A stretch of 64,000 nt of DNA from Candidatus Eiseniibacteriota bacterium (GTDB taxonomy: Bacteria; Eisenbacteria; RBG-16-71-46; CAVPCR01): positions 288,001 through 352,000 of the forward strand of contig CAWGMA010000003.1 in assembly GCA_963823555.1 (NCBI GenBank), given 5' to 3'. Both the position numbers and the translations under genes were made by a program. The stretch's first letter is position 1. The number at the start of each line of letters is the position of its first letter. Positions 38,415-48,244 of this stretch are shown one piece after another. Under the pieces are notes generated by a model. The model was not told where the DNA came from, did no database searches, and saw only the letters and a program-made list of their open reading frames with translations.

Positions 38415-39374
38415 CTAGCGCGCGGCGCCGATCTCGGCGCCGGCTTTGGCCTTCGCCTCCTGGCCGCCGTAGATATCCATGATCTGGGCGAGCATCGCGA
38501 GCGCCTCGTCCTTCGGCCGCTGGAACGAGTTGCGTCCGATGATCGAACCGAAGCCGCCGCCATCGCGGATGGCGCGGCACTCGTCATAGATCTCATCCAG
38601 CGACTTGGCCGCACCGCCCGAGAAGATGACGATGCGCTTGCCATTGAAGGCGCTCTTCACCACCAGGCGCACGCGGTCGGCAAGGGTGGCGATCGGGAGG
38701 TTGTACTTCTCGATCATCTTCTTGGCTTCGGCCTGTTCGATGTGCGCGGTGGGGGGTTTGACCTTGACGATGTTGGCGCCGAGCTGGCACGCGATCTGCG
38801 CCGCGTAGCAGGCGACATCGATGGCCGTCTCTCCCTCCTTGGACAGGCCGGAGCCGCGAGGATAGGACCAGATGACGACCGCGAGCCCGCAAGCCTTGGC
38901 CTCCTCGGTGAGTTCGCGGATCTCCTCGTACATGTCGTTACGCAACGCGGAGCCCGGATAGATGGTGAACCCGATCGCCGCACAGCCGAGCGCCAGCGCG
39001 TCGCGCACCGTGGCGGTGACCGCGGGGCAGGGATCCTCACCCGAGTAGAGCGTGTCGGAGTTGTTGACCTTGAGGATGAGCGGAACCTCGGCGGCGTAGC
39101 GATCGGCACAGGCCTGGATGAAGCCCAGCGGCGCGGCATAGGCGTTCATCCCCGCCTCGATCGCGAGCTGGAAGTGGTACTCGGGGTCGAACCCCGCCGG
39201 GTTGGGCGCGAACGAGCGCACCGGCCCGTGCTCGAACCCCTGGTCGACGGGAAGGATCACCATGCGCCCCGAGCCGCCGGTGCGGCCGTGGTTCAGCATC
39301 CGGGCGAGATGGGCGCGCACGCCCGGGGTTTCGTTCGAGTACCAGCTCAGGATCTCCCTGATTCTGCTGTTCAT
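38415..39374 (-). CDS. fbaB: Class I fructose-bisphosphate aldolase (FbaB/DhnA)
   Basis: ILPVDQGFEHGP, WSYPRG, Schiff-base Lys in IVKVK, FSGG and GSIIGRNSFQRP. Confidence 0.95.
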   Translation of the reverse strand: MNSRIREILSWYSNETPGVRAHLARMLNHGRTGGSGRMVILPVDQGFEHGPVRSFAPNPAGFDPEYHFQLAIEAGMNAYAAPLGFIQACADRYAAEVPLILKVNNSDTLYSGEDPCPAVTATVRDALALGCAAIGFTIYPGSALRNDMYEEIRELTEEAKACGLAVVIWSYPRGSGLSKEGETAIDVACYAAQIACQLGANIVKVKPPTAHIEQAEAKKMIEKYNLPIATLADRVRLVVKSAFNGKRIVIFSGGAAKSLDEIYDECRAIRDGGGFGSIIGRNSFQRPKDEALAMLAQIMDIYGGQEAKAKAGAEIGAAR

Positions 39375-39462
39375 TCTCGTTTCTCCTTGACCTCGTGGGG
39401 TCATGACTTGCGGCAAAGACCGGCCGATTCTAACCCATGGCGAGCGGTCTGCCCAGGCGGCG

Positions 39463-39885
39463 CTAGCCGGCGAGGTGATAGAGCATGAAGTAGATGACGA
39501 CTCCGGTGATGGACACGTAGAGCCAGATCGGGAGCGTGAGGCGAGCGATCTTCCGGTGAGCCGGGAAGCGGCCGCGCAACGCCCGCGACACGGTGACGAT
39601 GACCAGCGGCACGATGATCGCGGCGAGCACCGTGTGCGTGAAGAGGATGACGAGGTACACGGCCCGCACGGCGGGTGGTCCCACGAAGCGGGTGGTGCCG
39701 GCGTGGGCGTGGTAGGTGAGATACGAAATCAGGAAGAGCACCGAGGTCGTGAGCGCCGCGGTCATGCAGGCGCGATGGACCGCGATCCGCCGCCGGCGAA
39801 TGGCCATGTAGCCGGCGACCAGGAGCGCGAAGCTGGCCGAGTTGAGCCCGGCATTCAGGGCCGGGAGCGCCGCATAAGGGATCAT
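39463..39885 (-). CDS. DUF420 family membrane protein
   Basis: LPALNAGLN, H.ACM..A...S.LFL.SYL.YH, and H.KIAR.T.PIWLYVSITGV..Y motifs. Confidence 0.92.
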   Translation of the reverse strand: MIPYAALPALNAGLNSASFALLVAGYMAIRRRRIAVHRACMTAALTTSVLFLISYLTYHAHAGTTRFVGPPAVRAVYLVILFTHTVLAAIIVPLVIVTVSRALRGRFPAHRKIARLTLPIWLYVSITGVVIYFMLYHLAG

Positions 39886-39910
39886 GAGCCCGTCGCCGCC
39901 GGCGCCGCGA

Positions 39911-40573
39911 TCACGATGACCTCGCCTCGCGCGCGAGCCGGATGGCGTGGGCGCGAAGATTTCGCATCGCCTCCTCGTCGGTCGAATCGTAGTAGCCGCG
40001 GATGCGACCGGCCGCATCGATCAGGATGAAGCGGTTCGAATGGACGAAGGCCCCATCGGCTCCTTCGGCGCTCAGGTGGAAGCTGTCGGAGAGCAGCGGG
40101 TAGATGACCTCCTTGCGTCCGGTCAGGAAGTACCATCGTTCCGCGTTGGCCTGGTAGCGAGCGGCATAGTCGGCAAGAACCAGATAGGTGTCGTAGGCAG
40201 GATCGACGGTGAAGGAAACGAACCGCACGGTGGGCGCGTCCTCCATCGCGCGCGCGAGCTCAGCCATGGTGGCGGTCATGCGTGGGCAGATGCTCTCGCA
40301 ACGGGTGAAGATGAAATCGGCGATCCATACCTGCCCGTCCAGGTCCGCCCGGATCAGCGGCCGGCCGCTCTGAGTGGTGAGCTCGAAATCGCCCACCGTG
40401 CCGTGCACTGGGAGTGGTTTGCCGAAGCGCTGGAAGCGTTCGAGCTCGCCGGTCTGGATCACCACGACGACCATAATGGCGAGGATGGCGGCGAGAACGA
40501 GCAGGCCGACGACGACGAGAGGGCGTCCGCTCCTGGAGGGTCGGTCTGCCGTCGTGTCCTCGAGATTCGACAT
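39911..40573 (-). CDS. SCO family copper chaperone
   Basis: TM anchor, FIFTRCESICP (CxxxC), VDPAYDT, WYFLTG and HSNRFILID motifs. Confidence 0.93.
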   Translation of the reverse strand: MSNLEDTTADRPSRSGRPLVVVGLLVLAAILAIMVVVVIQTGELERFQRFGKPLPVHGTVGDFELTTQSGRPLIRADLDGQVWIADFIFTRCESICPRMTATMAELARAMEDAPTVRFVSFTVDPAYDTYLVLADYAARYQANAERWYFLTGRKEVIYPLLSDSFHLSAEGADGAFVHSNRFILIDAAGRIRGYYDSTDEEAMRNLRAHAIRLAREARSS

Positions 40574-40636
40574 GGCTTGGTAACTCCTTGCCGGGATCTG
40601 CCGGGCCGAGAACGCTAGCAAGGGAGGGGCGCGTGG

Positions 40637-41587
40637 TCAACGCGATGACAGGTGGTCCCCGCCGGAACCGGGTTGCGGCGTGCCGCGGCGAAGCTCGATC
40701 GCACCCAGGAGGAGGGCCGCCAGCGAGAGAGGGGCCACGTAGTAGACCAGACGATAGACCGCCAGCGCGCCGATCGTGGCCGCGGGGTCGGCGGCCGAGC
40801 CGAGAAGGAGGAGCATCACCGTCTCGAACACGCCCAGCCCACCGGGGATCGCGCTCGCCACGCCGGCCACCTGGGCCAGCATGAACACGCCGATGAAATG
40901 TCCGAAGGGCATCTGAACGGAGGTGAGCAGGACATAGGGGACACTCGCTGCGAGCACCCAGTCGAGCGATGCTACCGCGACCTGAGCCAGGGCCCGCTCG
41001 ATCGTCGGCAGATTGACGTGCCAGGATCCGATCTTGAGCGCGTTCACCCGGCGCGCGCACCAGACGAGGTAGAAGACCAGGGTCACCAGGAACAGGAAGC
41101 CGAGAAGGCGCGGCGAACGAGCCGGCAGCGCCACGGTGGCGGGAACGAACGGGGGCGCGAGGAGGAGCACGACACCGCCGACGAACAGGAAGCCGAGCCA
41201 GGAGATCATGGCGGCGAGGGCGATGAGCTTGGCGACATCGAACGGCTTCAAGCCCCAGGCGGCAAGGAGGCGGTAGCGCACGGCCCCACCGCTCAGGAGC
41301 GCGAACCCCATCGCGCGACTGAAGGCATAACCGATGAACGCTGTCGCCGCCAGGCGGGGGAAGGGGAGTGTGCGCCCGATCGTCTTGAGCGCGAGCCAGT
41401 CGAGCCCGATGAGCGGCAGGAAGTCGAGCGCCGTGAAGGCGACCGCAAGGAGGATGCGATCGCCGGGGATCGACCTGAGCTGGTTGGCGATCTCCGCCAC
41501 CGACGTCTCCTGGAGCTCGTGCCGGAGCACGAGCAAGGCGACGACGAAGGAGACCAGGCCGAGGAGGGTGGTGAGCCGCTTGTGCAT
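40637..41587 (-). CDS. Lysylphosphatidylglycerol synthase TM-region (UPF0104/MprF N-terminal-like) protein
   Basis: GFALLSGGAVRYRL, PGGLGVFE and YRLVYYVAPL motifs. No C-terminal transferase domain. Confidence 0.85.
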   Translation of the reverse strand: MHKRLTTLLGLVSFVVALLVLRHELQETSVAEIANQLRSIPGDRILLAVAFTALDFLPLIGLDWLALKTIGRTLPFPRLAATAFIGYAFSRAMGFALLSGGAVRYRLLAAWGLKPFDVAKLIALAAMISWLGFLFVGGVVLLLAPPFVPATVALPARSPRLLGFLFLVTLVFYLVWCARRVNALKIGSWHVNLPTIERALAQVAVASLDWVLAASVPYVLLTSVQMPFGHFIGVFMLAQVAGVASAIPGGLGVFETVMLLLLGSAADPAATIGALAVYRLVYYVAPLSLAALLLGAIELRRGTPQPGSGGDHLSSR

Positions 41588-41675
41588 GTTCGTGACGGCC
41601 GCGGGGCGGCCGGAGCCGGGAGCATAGCGGATCGCGGACAGCCAGGGGTGCGTCCATGGTAGGCTTCGGGACGAG

Positions 41676-42587
41676 ATGAGCACCGATCCCATCCACATCC
41701 CCATTGCTGCAACCGGGCCGGCGACGACGAGCCCGGCCCGCCACCGCCGCCATCCCGACTGGCTCAAGGTGAAGCTGCCAGGGGGGCCGGGCTACGAGCG
41801 CCTGCGCGGGATGCTCCACGGCCTCCGTCTCAACACGGTGTGCGAGGAGGCCCTGTGCCCCAACGTCGGCGAATGCTGGGGGCAAGGCACGGCCACGTTC
41901 ATGATCCTCGGCGACATCTGCACGCGCGGCTGCCGCTACTGCGCGGTCGACAAGGGGCATCCCGTCGGCCTCGATCGGGAGGAGCCGGCACGCGTCGCCG
42001 AGGCGGTCGAGCGCATGGGGCTCCGGCATGCCGTTGTGACCTCGGTCGATCGCGACGATCTCATGGATGGCGGAGCCGAGATCTTCGCGGCGACGATCCG
42101 CGCCATCCGGGCTCGCGTTCCGGCCTGTGCCGTGGAGGTGCTGATCCCCGACTTCCAGGGTCGGGAGGAGAGCCTCAGTCATGTGCTCGCCGCGCGTCCC
42201 GATGTCCTCAACCACAACATCGAGACCGTGCCCCGGCTCTACCCACGGATCCGCCTCGGTGGCGACTATCCGCTCTCGCTCGAGCTCCTCGGCCGGTCGC
42301 GCCGGATCGACCCCACCATCCCTACGAAGTCGGGACTCATGCTCGGGCTGGGCGAAACCAACGAAGAGGTGCTCGAAGTGATGCGTGATCTGCGCCGCGT
42401 CGAGTGCGAGATCCTCACCCTCGGTCAGTACCTGCAGCCGACGAAGAAGCACACCGCGGTGGCGCGCTACCTGCATCCGGACGAGTTCGCTGAGCTCCAT
42501 GCCAAGGGGATGGCCATGGGCTTCCGCCATGTGGAATCGGGCCCCCTGGTGCGCAGTTCCTACCACGCCGAACGGCATGTCGAGTGA
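41676..42587 (+). CDS. lipA: Lipoyl synthase
   Basis: CEEALCPNVGEC, CTRGCRYC and VRSSYHA motifs. Confidence 0.97.
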   Translation: MSTDPIHIPIAATGPATTSPARHRRHPDWLKVKLPGGPGYERLRGMLHGLRLNTVCEEALCPNVGECWGQGTATFMILGDICTRGCRYCAVDKGHPVGLDREEPARVAEAVERMGLRHAVVTSVDRDDLMDGGAEIFAATIRAIRARVPACAVEVLIPDFQGREESLSHVLAARPDVLNHNIETVPRLYPRIRLGGDYPLSLELLGRSRRIDPTIPTKSGLMLGLGETNEEVLEVMRDLRRVECEILTLGQYLQPTKKHTAVARYLHPDEFAELHAKGMAMGFRHVESGPLVRSSYHAERHVE

Positions 42588-42638
42588 TCGCAGATGATCG
42601 TCTCTGTCACGAACGCCGCGCGAGCGGAGGAGAAGACC

Positions 42639-44066
42639 GTGAACGGTGAGCTTGCCAACTATGATGTCGTCGTCATCGGGTCCGGGCCAGGCGGCTATGT
42701 TTGCGCCGTGCGTGCCGCGCAGCTCGGGCAGAAGACCGCTCTCGTCGAGAAGGAAGCGACGCTCGGCGGGACGTGTCTCAATGTCGGCTGCATTCCAACC
42801 AAGGCTCTCCTCCACAGCGCCGATGTGCTTCACGATTTCAACCGCGCCAAGGATTATGGCATCGCCGCCGAAGGCGGCGCGCACGTCGACATGGCGGCCC
42901 TCGATCAGTACCGCACCCGGGTGGTGACCAAGAACACCAAGGGTGTGGAGTTCTTGATGAAGAAGAACAAGGTCGACGTGGTGCGGGGCGTGGGCCGGCT
43001 CGCCGGCGCGGGGAAGGTCACGGTCACCGCCGCCGACGGCTCGACGCGAACGCTCGCCGCCCGCCACGTCGTGCTCGCGCTCGGTTCGGTGGCGCGCTCG
43101 CTCCCGGGCTTCGAGTTCGACGGCGAGCGGGTCATCTCGAGCACCGAGGCCCTCACGCTCAAGAAGGTGCCCGAGTCGATGGCCATTCTCGGCGCCGGCG
43201 CCATCGGGGTCGAGTTCGCCTCGATCTACAGCCGCTTCGGTTCGCAGGTGACGGTGGTCGAGCTCCTGCCGCATCTCCTCCCGCTCGAGGACGAGGAGAT
43301 CTCGGCCGAGCTCGAGCGCGCCTTCCGCAAGCAGGAGATCGCGTTCATGACCGGCGCCCGCGCCGAGGGCGTGGATCGGAGCGGCAAGAAGCTCGCGCTC
43401 AAGGTGAAGGACAAGGACGGCAAGGATCACACCATCGCTTGCGACGTCCTCCTGGTCGCCGTCGGCCGCGGGCCCGCCACCGCCGGCGCCGGCCTCGAGG
43501 AAGCCGGGATCACCATGGAACGAGGTTACGTCAAGGTCGACGACTTCATGCGCACCTCGACGGCCGGCGTCTATGCCATCGGCGACATCGTCGCCCTCGA
43601 GGATCGCGCGCACCCCCAGCTCGCGCACCTCGCTTCACATGAGGGGATCCTCGTTGCCGAGCACATCGCCGGCCTCGAGCCCCGGCCGATCAACTACGAC
43701 CTGGTGCCGGGAGCCACCTACTCTTCGCCGGAGGTGGCCGCCGTCGGTCTCACCGAGGCGGAGGCCAGGAAGCAGGGATACGAGGTCCGGGTGGGCCGTT
43801 TCCCCTTCTCGGCCAACTCCAAGTCGAGCATTCTCCTCGAGTCGATCGGGTTCGTGAAGATCGTGGCCGACGCCAGGTACGACCAGGTGCTGGGAGTGCA
43901 CATCATCGGACCCAAGGCGACCGAGCTCATCAACGAGTGCGTGACCGCGCTCGGGCTCGAGGTGACGAGCGAGGAGCTCCATCGCGCGATCCATGCCCAT
44001 CCCACGCTGTCGGAGGCGGTGATGGAGGCGGCGCACGCAGTCGAGGGGCATCCGATCCACCTCTAA
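42639..44066 (+). CDS. lpdA: Dihydrolipoyl dehydrogenase (E3)
   Basis: GSGPGGY, GGTCLNVGCIPTK, GAGAIGVEF and HAHPTLSE motifs. GTG start behind GGAGG. Confidence 0.97.
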   Translation: MNGELANYDVVVIGSGPGGYVCAVRAAQLGQKTALVEKEATLGGTCLNVGCIPTKALLHSADVLHDFNRAKDYGIAAEGGAHVDMAALDQYRTRVVTKNTKGVEFLMKKNKVDVVRGVGRLAGAGKVTVTAADGSTRTLAARHVVLALGSVARSLPGFEFDGERVISSTEALTLKKVPESMAILGAGAIGVEFASIYSRFGSQVTVVELLPHLLPLEDEEISAELERAFRKQEIAFMTGARAEGVDRSGKKLALKVKDKDGKDHTIACDVLLVAVGRGPATAGAGLEEAGITMERGYVKVDDFMRTSTAGVYAIGDIVALEDRAHPQLAHLASHEGILVAEHIAGLEPRPINYDLVPGATYSSPEVAAVGLTEAEARKQGYEVRVGRFPFSANSKSSILLESIGFVKIVADARYDQVLGVHIIGPKATELINECVTALGLEVTSEELHRAIHAHPTLSEAVMEAAHAVEGHPIHL

Positions 44067-44090
44067 CCCACGCATGAATCCATCACGCCG

Positions 44091-45068
44091 GTGAAGCACT
44101 ACACATACCTCGAAGCCATCCGCATGGCGCTCGCCGAGGAGATGCGGCGCGATCCCCGTGTCTTTCTCATGGGCGAGGACATTGGCGCCTACGGTGGCGC
44201 CTTCCGCGTCACGGCGGGACTCCTTGCCGAGTTCGGTCCCGAGCGCATCATCGATACGCCGATCACCGAGGCGGGCCTGGTCGGCGCGGCGATCGGCGCC
44301 GCTCTCATGGGACAGCGCCCGGTGGTCGAGATGCAGTTCATGGATTTCCTGTCCAATGGGTTCCAGCTGGTCACCAACTTCGCCGCCAAGTGTCACTATC
44401 GCTGGGGTGCGGCGGTGCCGATGGTGATCCGCGGGCCGGCCGGCGGCGGGGTCGGCGCCGGTCCCTTCCACTCGCAGAACGTCGAGGCCTACTACCTGCA
44501 CACGCCCGGCCTCAAGATCGTCGCTCCGGCCACGGCGAGCGATGCCCGGGGGCTGCTCAAGGCCGCCATCCGGGATCCCAACCCGGTTCTCTACTTCGAG
44601 CACAAGTTCCTGTACCGGCATGTCAAGGAAGCCCTGGATGTAGCGGGCGACGGCCTGATCCCCATCGGGCAAGCGGCGATCCGGCGGCCCGGGCGGGCGC
44701 TGACGGTCGTCACCTTCGGGGCCATGGTGCAGCGGGCGATGGCCGCGGCCGAGGTGCTCGCGGGCGAGGGGATCGAGGTCGAGGTGGTCGATCTGCGGAG
44801 CCTGAACCCGTGGCACGAGGAACTCGTCTACGGGTCGGTCCGCCGTACGGGAAGGGCGCTCGTGCTGCACGAGGCGTCGCGGACCGGAGGCGTCGGCGCC
44901 GAGTATGCGGCGGCCATCGGCGAGGCCTGTTTCGAGTGGCTGGATGCGCCGGTCGAACGCGTGGCCGCGCTCGATGTCCCGATTCCCTACCATCATGACC
45001 TCGAACGTGCGGTGCTGCCATCGCTCGAAGTCATCGTCGATCGTGCGCGTGCCCTGGCCCGCTACTGA
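44091..45068 (+). CDS. 2-oxoacid dehydrogenase E1 beta subunit
   Basis: GEDIGAYGGAF, DTPITE, PVVEMQFMDF, FHSQ and DPNPVLYFEHK motifs. Confidence 0.95.
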   Translation: MKHYTYLEAIRMALAEEMRRDPRVFLMGEDIGAYGGAFRVTAGLLAEFGPERIIDTPITEAGLVGAAIGAALMGQRPVVEMQFMDFLSNGFQLVTNFAAKCHYRWGAAVPMVIRGPAGGGVGAGPFHSQNVEAYYLHTPGLKIVAPATASDARGLLKAAIRDPNPVLYFEHKFLYRHVKEALDVAGDGLIPIGQAAIRRPGRALTVVTFGAMVQRAMAAAEVLAGEGIEVEVVDLRSLNPWHEELVYGSVRRTGRALVLHEASRTGGVGAEYAAAIGEACFEWLDAPVERVAALDVPIPYHHDLERAVLPSLEVIVDRARALARY

Positions 45069-45170
45069 TTCCTCACGTACCGGGCGCCGCCGTTGCTCGT
45101 CGGGCCGATCTGCTAAGATGAAGAGGTCCCCGATCAGAGGCTTCGATGGTTCCGTGTGTAAGGAGACCCC

Positions 45171-45734
45171 ATGAAGTTCCCCGGCTTCTCCCTCATCCTC
45201 GCGCTCTGGATCGCGCTCCTCATGGGGCCCGGATGCGGTGACGACGACCCATCCCCCAACCAGCCGCCCGACGGCACGGTGGCCGCCGACTTCACCCTGC
45301 TGGATGTGAACGCCCACTCGGGCACGTTCGAGCAGGGCGTGTCGCCCCGCCAGTTCGAGGGCCGGATCTCGGCCTGGTACTTCGGGGCCGCCACCTGAGG
45401 GTACTGCCGTGGCCAGTTCGGCCACCTCGACACGATGCAGGACGAGCTGGCCGCCGAGGAGCTCGCTCTTGACGGGCAGATTCTCGGGGTCAACGAGGCG
45501 GGAGCCGAGGGTGGGGTCGAGGCCATGTGTCTGGGCCGGGATCTCCCCCTGTTGCAGGACACCTCGACCGCTCAGGTGTGGGGCGCGTGGGAAGTGGCCT
45601 ACCGGGATGTCGTCGTCCTCGACGCGGAGAACCGCATCATCACGATCTACAACTTGAGCGAACATGACCTCGGCCAGCCGGCGAACTACGAGGCGCTGAA
45701 GGCGATCCTCCGCACCGCTGCCGCAGGGAATTGA
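45171..45734 (+). CDS. Putative selenocysteine-containing thioredoxin-fold (AhpC/TlpA-like) lipoprotein, UxxC
   Basis: ORFs 45171..45398 and 45435..45734 are in the same frame and separated only by TGA 45396-45398. Read-through gives AWYFGAAT-U-GYC-RGQFGHL, preceded by DFTLLDVN and followed by ILGVN..LPLLQD..VVVLD. Confidence 0.8.
45396..45428 (+). promoter_or_regulatory. Candidate bacterial SECIS element
   Basis: Stem GTGGCC (45409-14), loop AGTTC, GGCCAC (45420-25), starting 10 nt after the UGA. Possible lower pairing GAG/CTC. Confidence 0.62.
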
Positions 45735-45748
45735 AAGGAGGGGCGACC

Positions 45749-47971
45749 ATGGCTCGCTCCATCATCGCTCGCCGATGGGGGCTCGCGCTCCTCGTCGCCG
45801 GCATCCTCGCGGCGACGCCAGCCACCGCCGATCGGGTCGGCGACCGTCTCGCGGGGCTCCTCGGCGAATTACCCGCGGAGGAGATCCCGACGGGTGTCCT
45901 CATCGACCGCGTGCTCGAGCTCGCGCCGCTCACGGATCATGATGGGACCGCAGCGTCCATGCCGGTGACCCTTCGTGACTGGCGCCAGATGCTCCACCAG
46001 ATCTCGCGGGCATCCCTCGCGCCGCCCTCCTGGTCCGATCTCGAGGCGGTCACCGCCCAGGCTCAACCCCTGATCGACGCCGGCGTGATTCCCATCGCGA
46101 TCATGAACTTCCGCTACGATCGGATCCGCCGCGATGCGCTCGAAACCGGAGCGCTGGTGGCGCGCGAGGGGCGCCTCACGATCGGCGTCGGAGATGCCTT
46201 CACGATCGGGCGCGCCTTCGCCGCCAGTGCGCTTCGTGATGACACCCATCGCGGGCATCACATCGTGTTCGCCCTCGATCGCGACATCTACCTCACGAAC
46301 GATCCGGTACGACCGCTCAGGTTCGAGATCGATTTCGACGACGGGAACGGCTATGTCGCGGCGGCCTTCGGCGAACGACGCGCCGTCCGCTACCTCCTGA
46401 GCGGGCGGAAAGTGGTCAGGCTGCGCATGACGCTGGCCGATGGCAGCGTCCAGCATGGCGCCTTCGAGTTCGATGTGCGCGCCCTCGACACTCCGGCTCC
46501 CGACGATACGCTGCACGTGACCGCCTCGATCCCGTTCAATGGCGGATTGGGCACCGGAGATGCGTACGTCTATCTGGCCCCCGGCCACGCCGCGCTCGTC
46601 AATCCGGTGGTGTTGCTCGAGGGTTTCGACCTCGACAACAGCATGAACTGGGACGAGCTCTATGCCCTGCTCAACCGGGAGGAGCTGATCGAGACCCTGC
46701 GCCTGCGCGGCTACGACGCGGTGGTGCTCAACTTCGGCGATGCCGTCGATTTCATCCAGCGGAACGCCTTTGTCGCGGTCGAGCTCCTCGCACAGATCCA
46801 GGGCATGATCGCGCCCGGCCAGACGGTGGTCCTCGCCGGGGCCAGCATGGGCGGGCTCGTCGGGCGCTATGCGCTCGCCTACATGGAGATGAACGCGTTG
46901 CCGCACGCGGTGCGGACCTTCATCTCCTTCGATTCCCCCCAGAACGGGGCCGCCATCCCGCTCGGGATCCAGTACTGGCTCTGGTTCTTCGCCGATCAGT
47001 CGCCGGAGGCCGCGGCCTTGCTCGCCGCCCTCGATGCGCCCGCGGCGCGACAGATGCTCGTCTATCACCACACCGATCCGCCGGGCGCGACGGGAGAGAG
47101 CGATCCCCTACGGTTCGCGCTTGCCGCCGAGCTCTCGGCGCTCGGGGATTACCCTTCCGGGCCGCGCCTGGTCGCGATCGCCAACGGCAGCGGGGCGCGA
47201 ACCGGGCAGGGCTTCAACCCCGCCGCGCAGTTGATCCGCTGGGAATACTCGAACTGGTACATCGACCTGATCGGCAACGTATGGGCCGTGCCCGATGGGG
47301 CGAGCGCCACCATCTTCCGCGGGCTCATCGACATCATCCTCCTGCCGCCCGATGAGCTCACGGTCACGGTGGCCGGAACCCAGCCCTACGACAATGCTCC
47401 CGGCGGGTGGCGGAACTCGATGGCGGAGATGGCGGCGACCCCGGCACCCTACGGCGACATCATCGCGCTCCATCCCAACCACTGCTTCATCCCATCCACG
47501 AGCGCCCTGGCTCTCGACACGAGCGATCTCTTCTACGACATCGCGGGCGATCCCGATCTCCTCGCGCACACGCCCTTCGATGCCGCCTACTTCCCGCTCG
47601 CCAACGAGGAGCACGTTGCCATCACGCCCGAGAACGCCGCCTTCATCCTCGCCGAGGTCGAGGGCGGTACGGTCGCGATCGCGGAGCCGGTTCCGAGCGT
47701 GGCGCGAGTCGAGCTCGCCACACGGAATCCGATCGCGAGCGAGGCGCTCATCCGCTACGCGCTGCCCCACGCCGGTCCCGTCCGGCTGTCGGTCATCGAT
47801 GTCCTGGGCCGGGAGGTGGCCCGGCTCGTCGATCGCCCGCTCACGGCCGGGGCGGGCGAGGTGGTCTGGAGCGCACGGAATGCCGGCGGATCCCGGGTCG
47901 CGGCCGGGGTCTACTTCGTCCAGCTCAGGGGATCGGATTTCTCCACCGCCACGAAGGTGCTCGTCGAGTGA
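45749..47971 (+). CDS. Secreted alpha/beta hydrolase (lipase-like) with C-terminal FlgD/T9SS-type domain
   Basis: Signal peptide; PVVLLEGFD, GASMGG nucleophile motif and DSPQNGA; C-terminal DVLGREVARL...AAGVYFVQL. Confidence 0.82.
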   Translation: MARSIIARRWGLALLVAGILAATPATADRVGDRLAGLLGELPAEEIPTGVLIDRVLELAPLTDHDGTAASMPVTLRDWRQMLHQISRASLAPPSWSDLEAVTAQAQPLIDAGVIPIAIMNFRYDRIRRDALETGALVAREGRLTIGVGDAFTIGRAFAASALRDDTHRGHHIVFALDRDIYLTNDPVRPLRFEIDFDDGNGYVAAAFGERRAVRYLLSGRKVVRLRMTLADGSVQHGAFEFDVRALDTPAPDDTLHVTASIPFNGGLGTGDAYVYLAPGHAALVNPVVLLEGFDLDNSMNWDELYALLNREELIETLRLRGYDAVVLNFGDAVDFIQRNAFVAVELLAQIQGMIAPGQTVVLAGASMGGLVGRYALAYMEMNALPHAVRTFISFDSPQNGAAIPLGIQYWLWFFADQSPEAAALLAALDAPAARQMLVYHHTDPPGATGESDPLRFALAAELSALGDYPSGPRLVAIANGSGARTGQGFNPAAQLIRWEYSNWYIDLIGNVWAVPDGASATIFRGLIDIILLPPDELTVTVAGTQPYDNAPGGWRNSMAEMAATPAPYGDIIALHPNHCFIPSTSALALDTSDLFYDIAGDPDLLAHTPFDAAYFPLANEEHVAITPENAAFILAEVEGGTVAIAEPVPSVARVELATRNPIASEALIRYALPHAGPVRLSVIDVLGREVARLVDRPLTAGAGEVVWSARNAGGSRVAAGVYFVQLRGSDFSTATKVLVE

Positions 47972-48244
47972 GTCGAACCGGCTGACGGCCCGCCTGTCCC
48001 CCGGTCACGCAGTCGGAAAAAAAGTCAGCCGGGCCCCGGCCGCGACCTGTGCCCAGGAGTCAACTGCCAACGCAGCAACCACTTGTGCTAGAAGAATCCG
48101 GGGTCCGGGTTATGCACGGAAGGAACCTGGCGTTAGCGCCCCGGGCCGCGGACGGCGGTGAGGCGCTTCCCCACTACCAAGGGTCCCGAGGGGCGCCCGC
48201 GCCACGATGCGCGCGGCAGCCGGACCCGACGAGGGTTTGATCCA

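Noticed and set aside
40260..43628. 1122-aa minus-strand ORF, and similar long Arg/Gly/Pro-rich ORFs across the window
   Set aside because: Overlaps lipA/lpdA antisense and off-frame membrane genes. Typical GC-rich shadow ORFs.
45396..45398. Genome-wide TGA reassignment (Trp/Gly) as the explanation for the in-frame TGA
   Set aside because: Many well-defined genes here end at TGA exactly at their expected C-termini (pduO, ALDH, lipA, E1beta, gpmA), so TGA is a normal stop.
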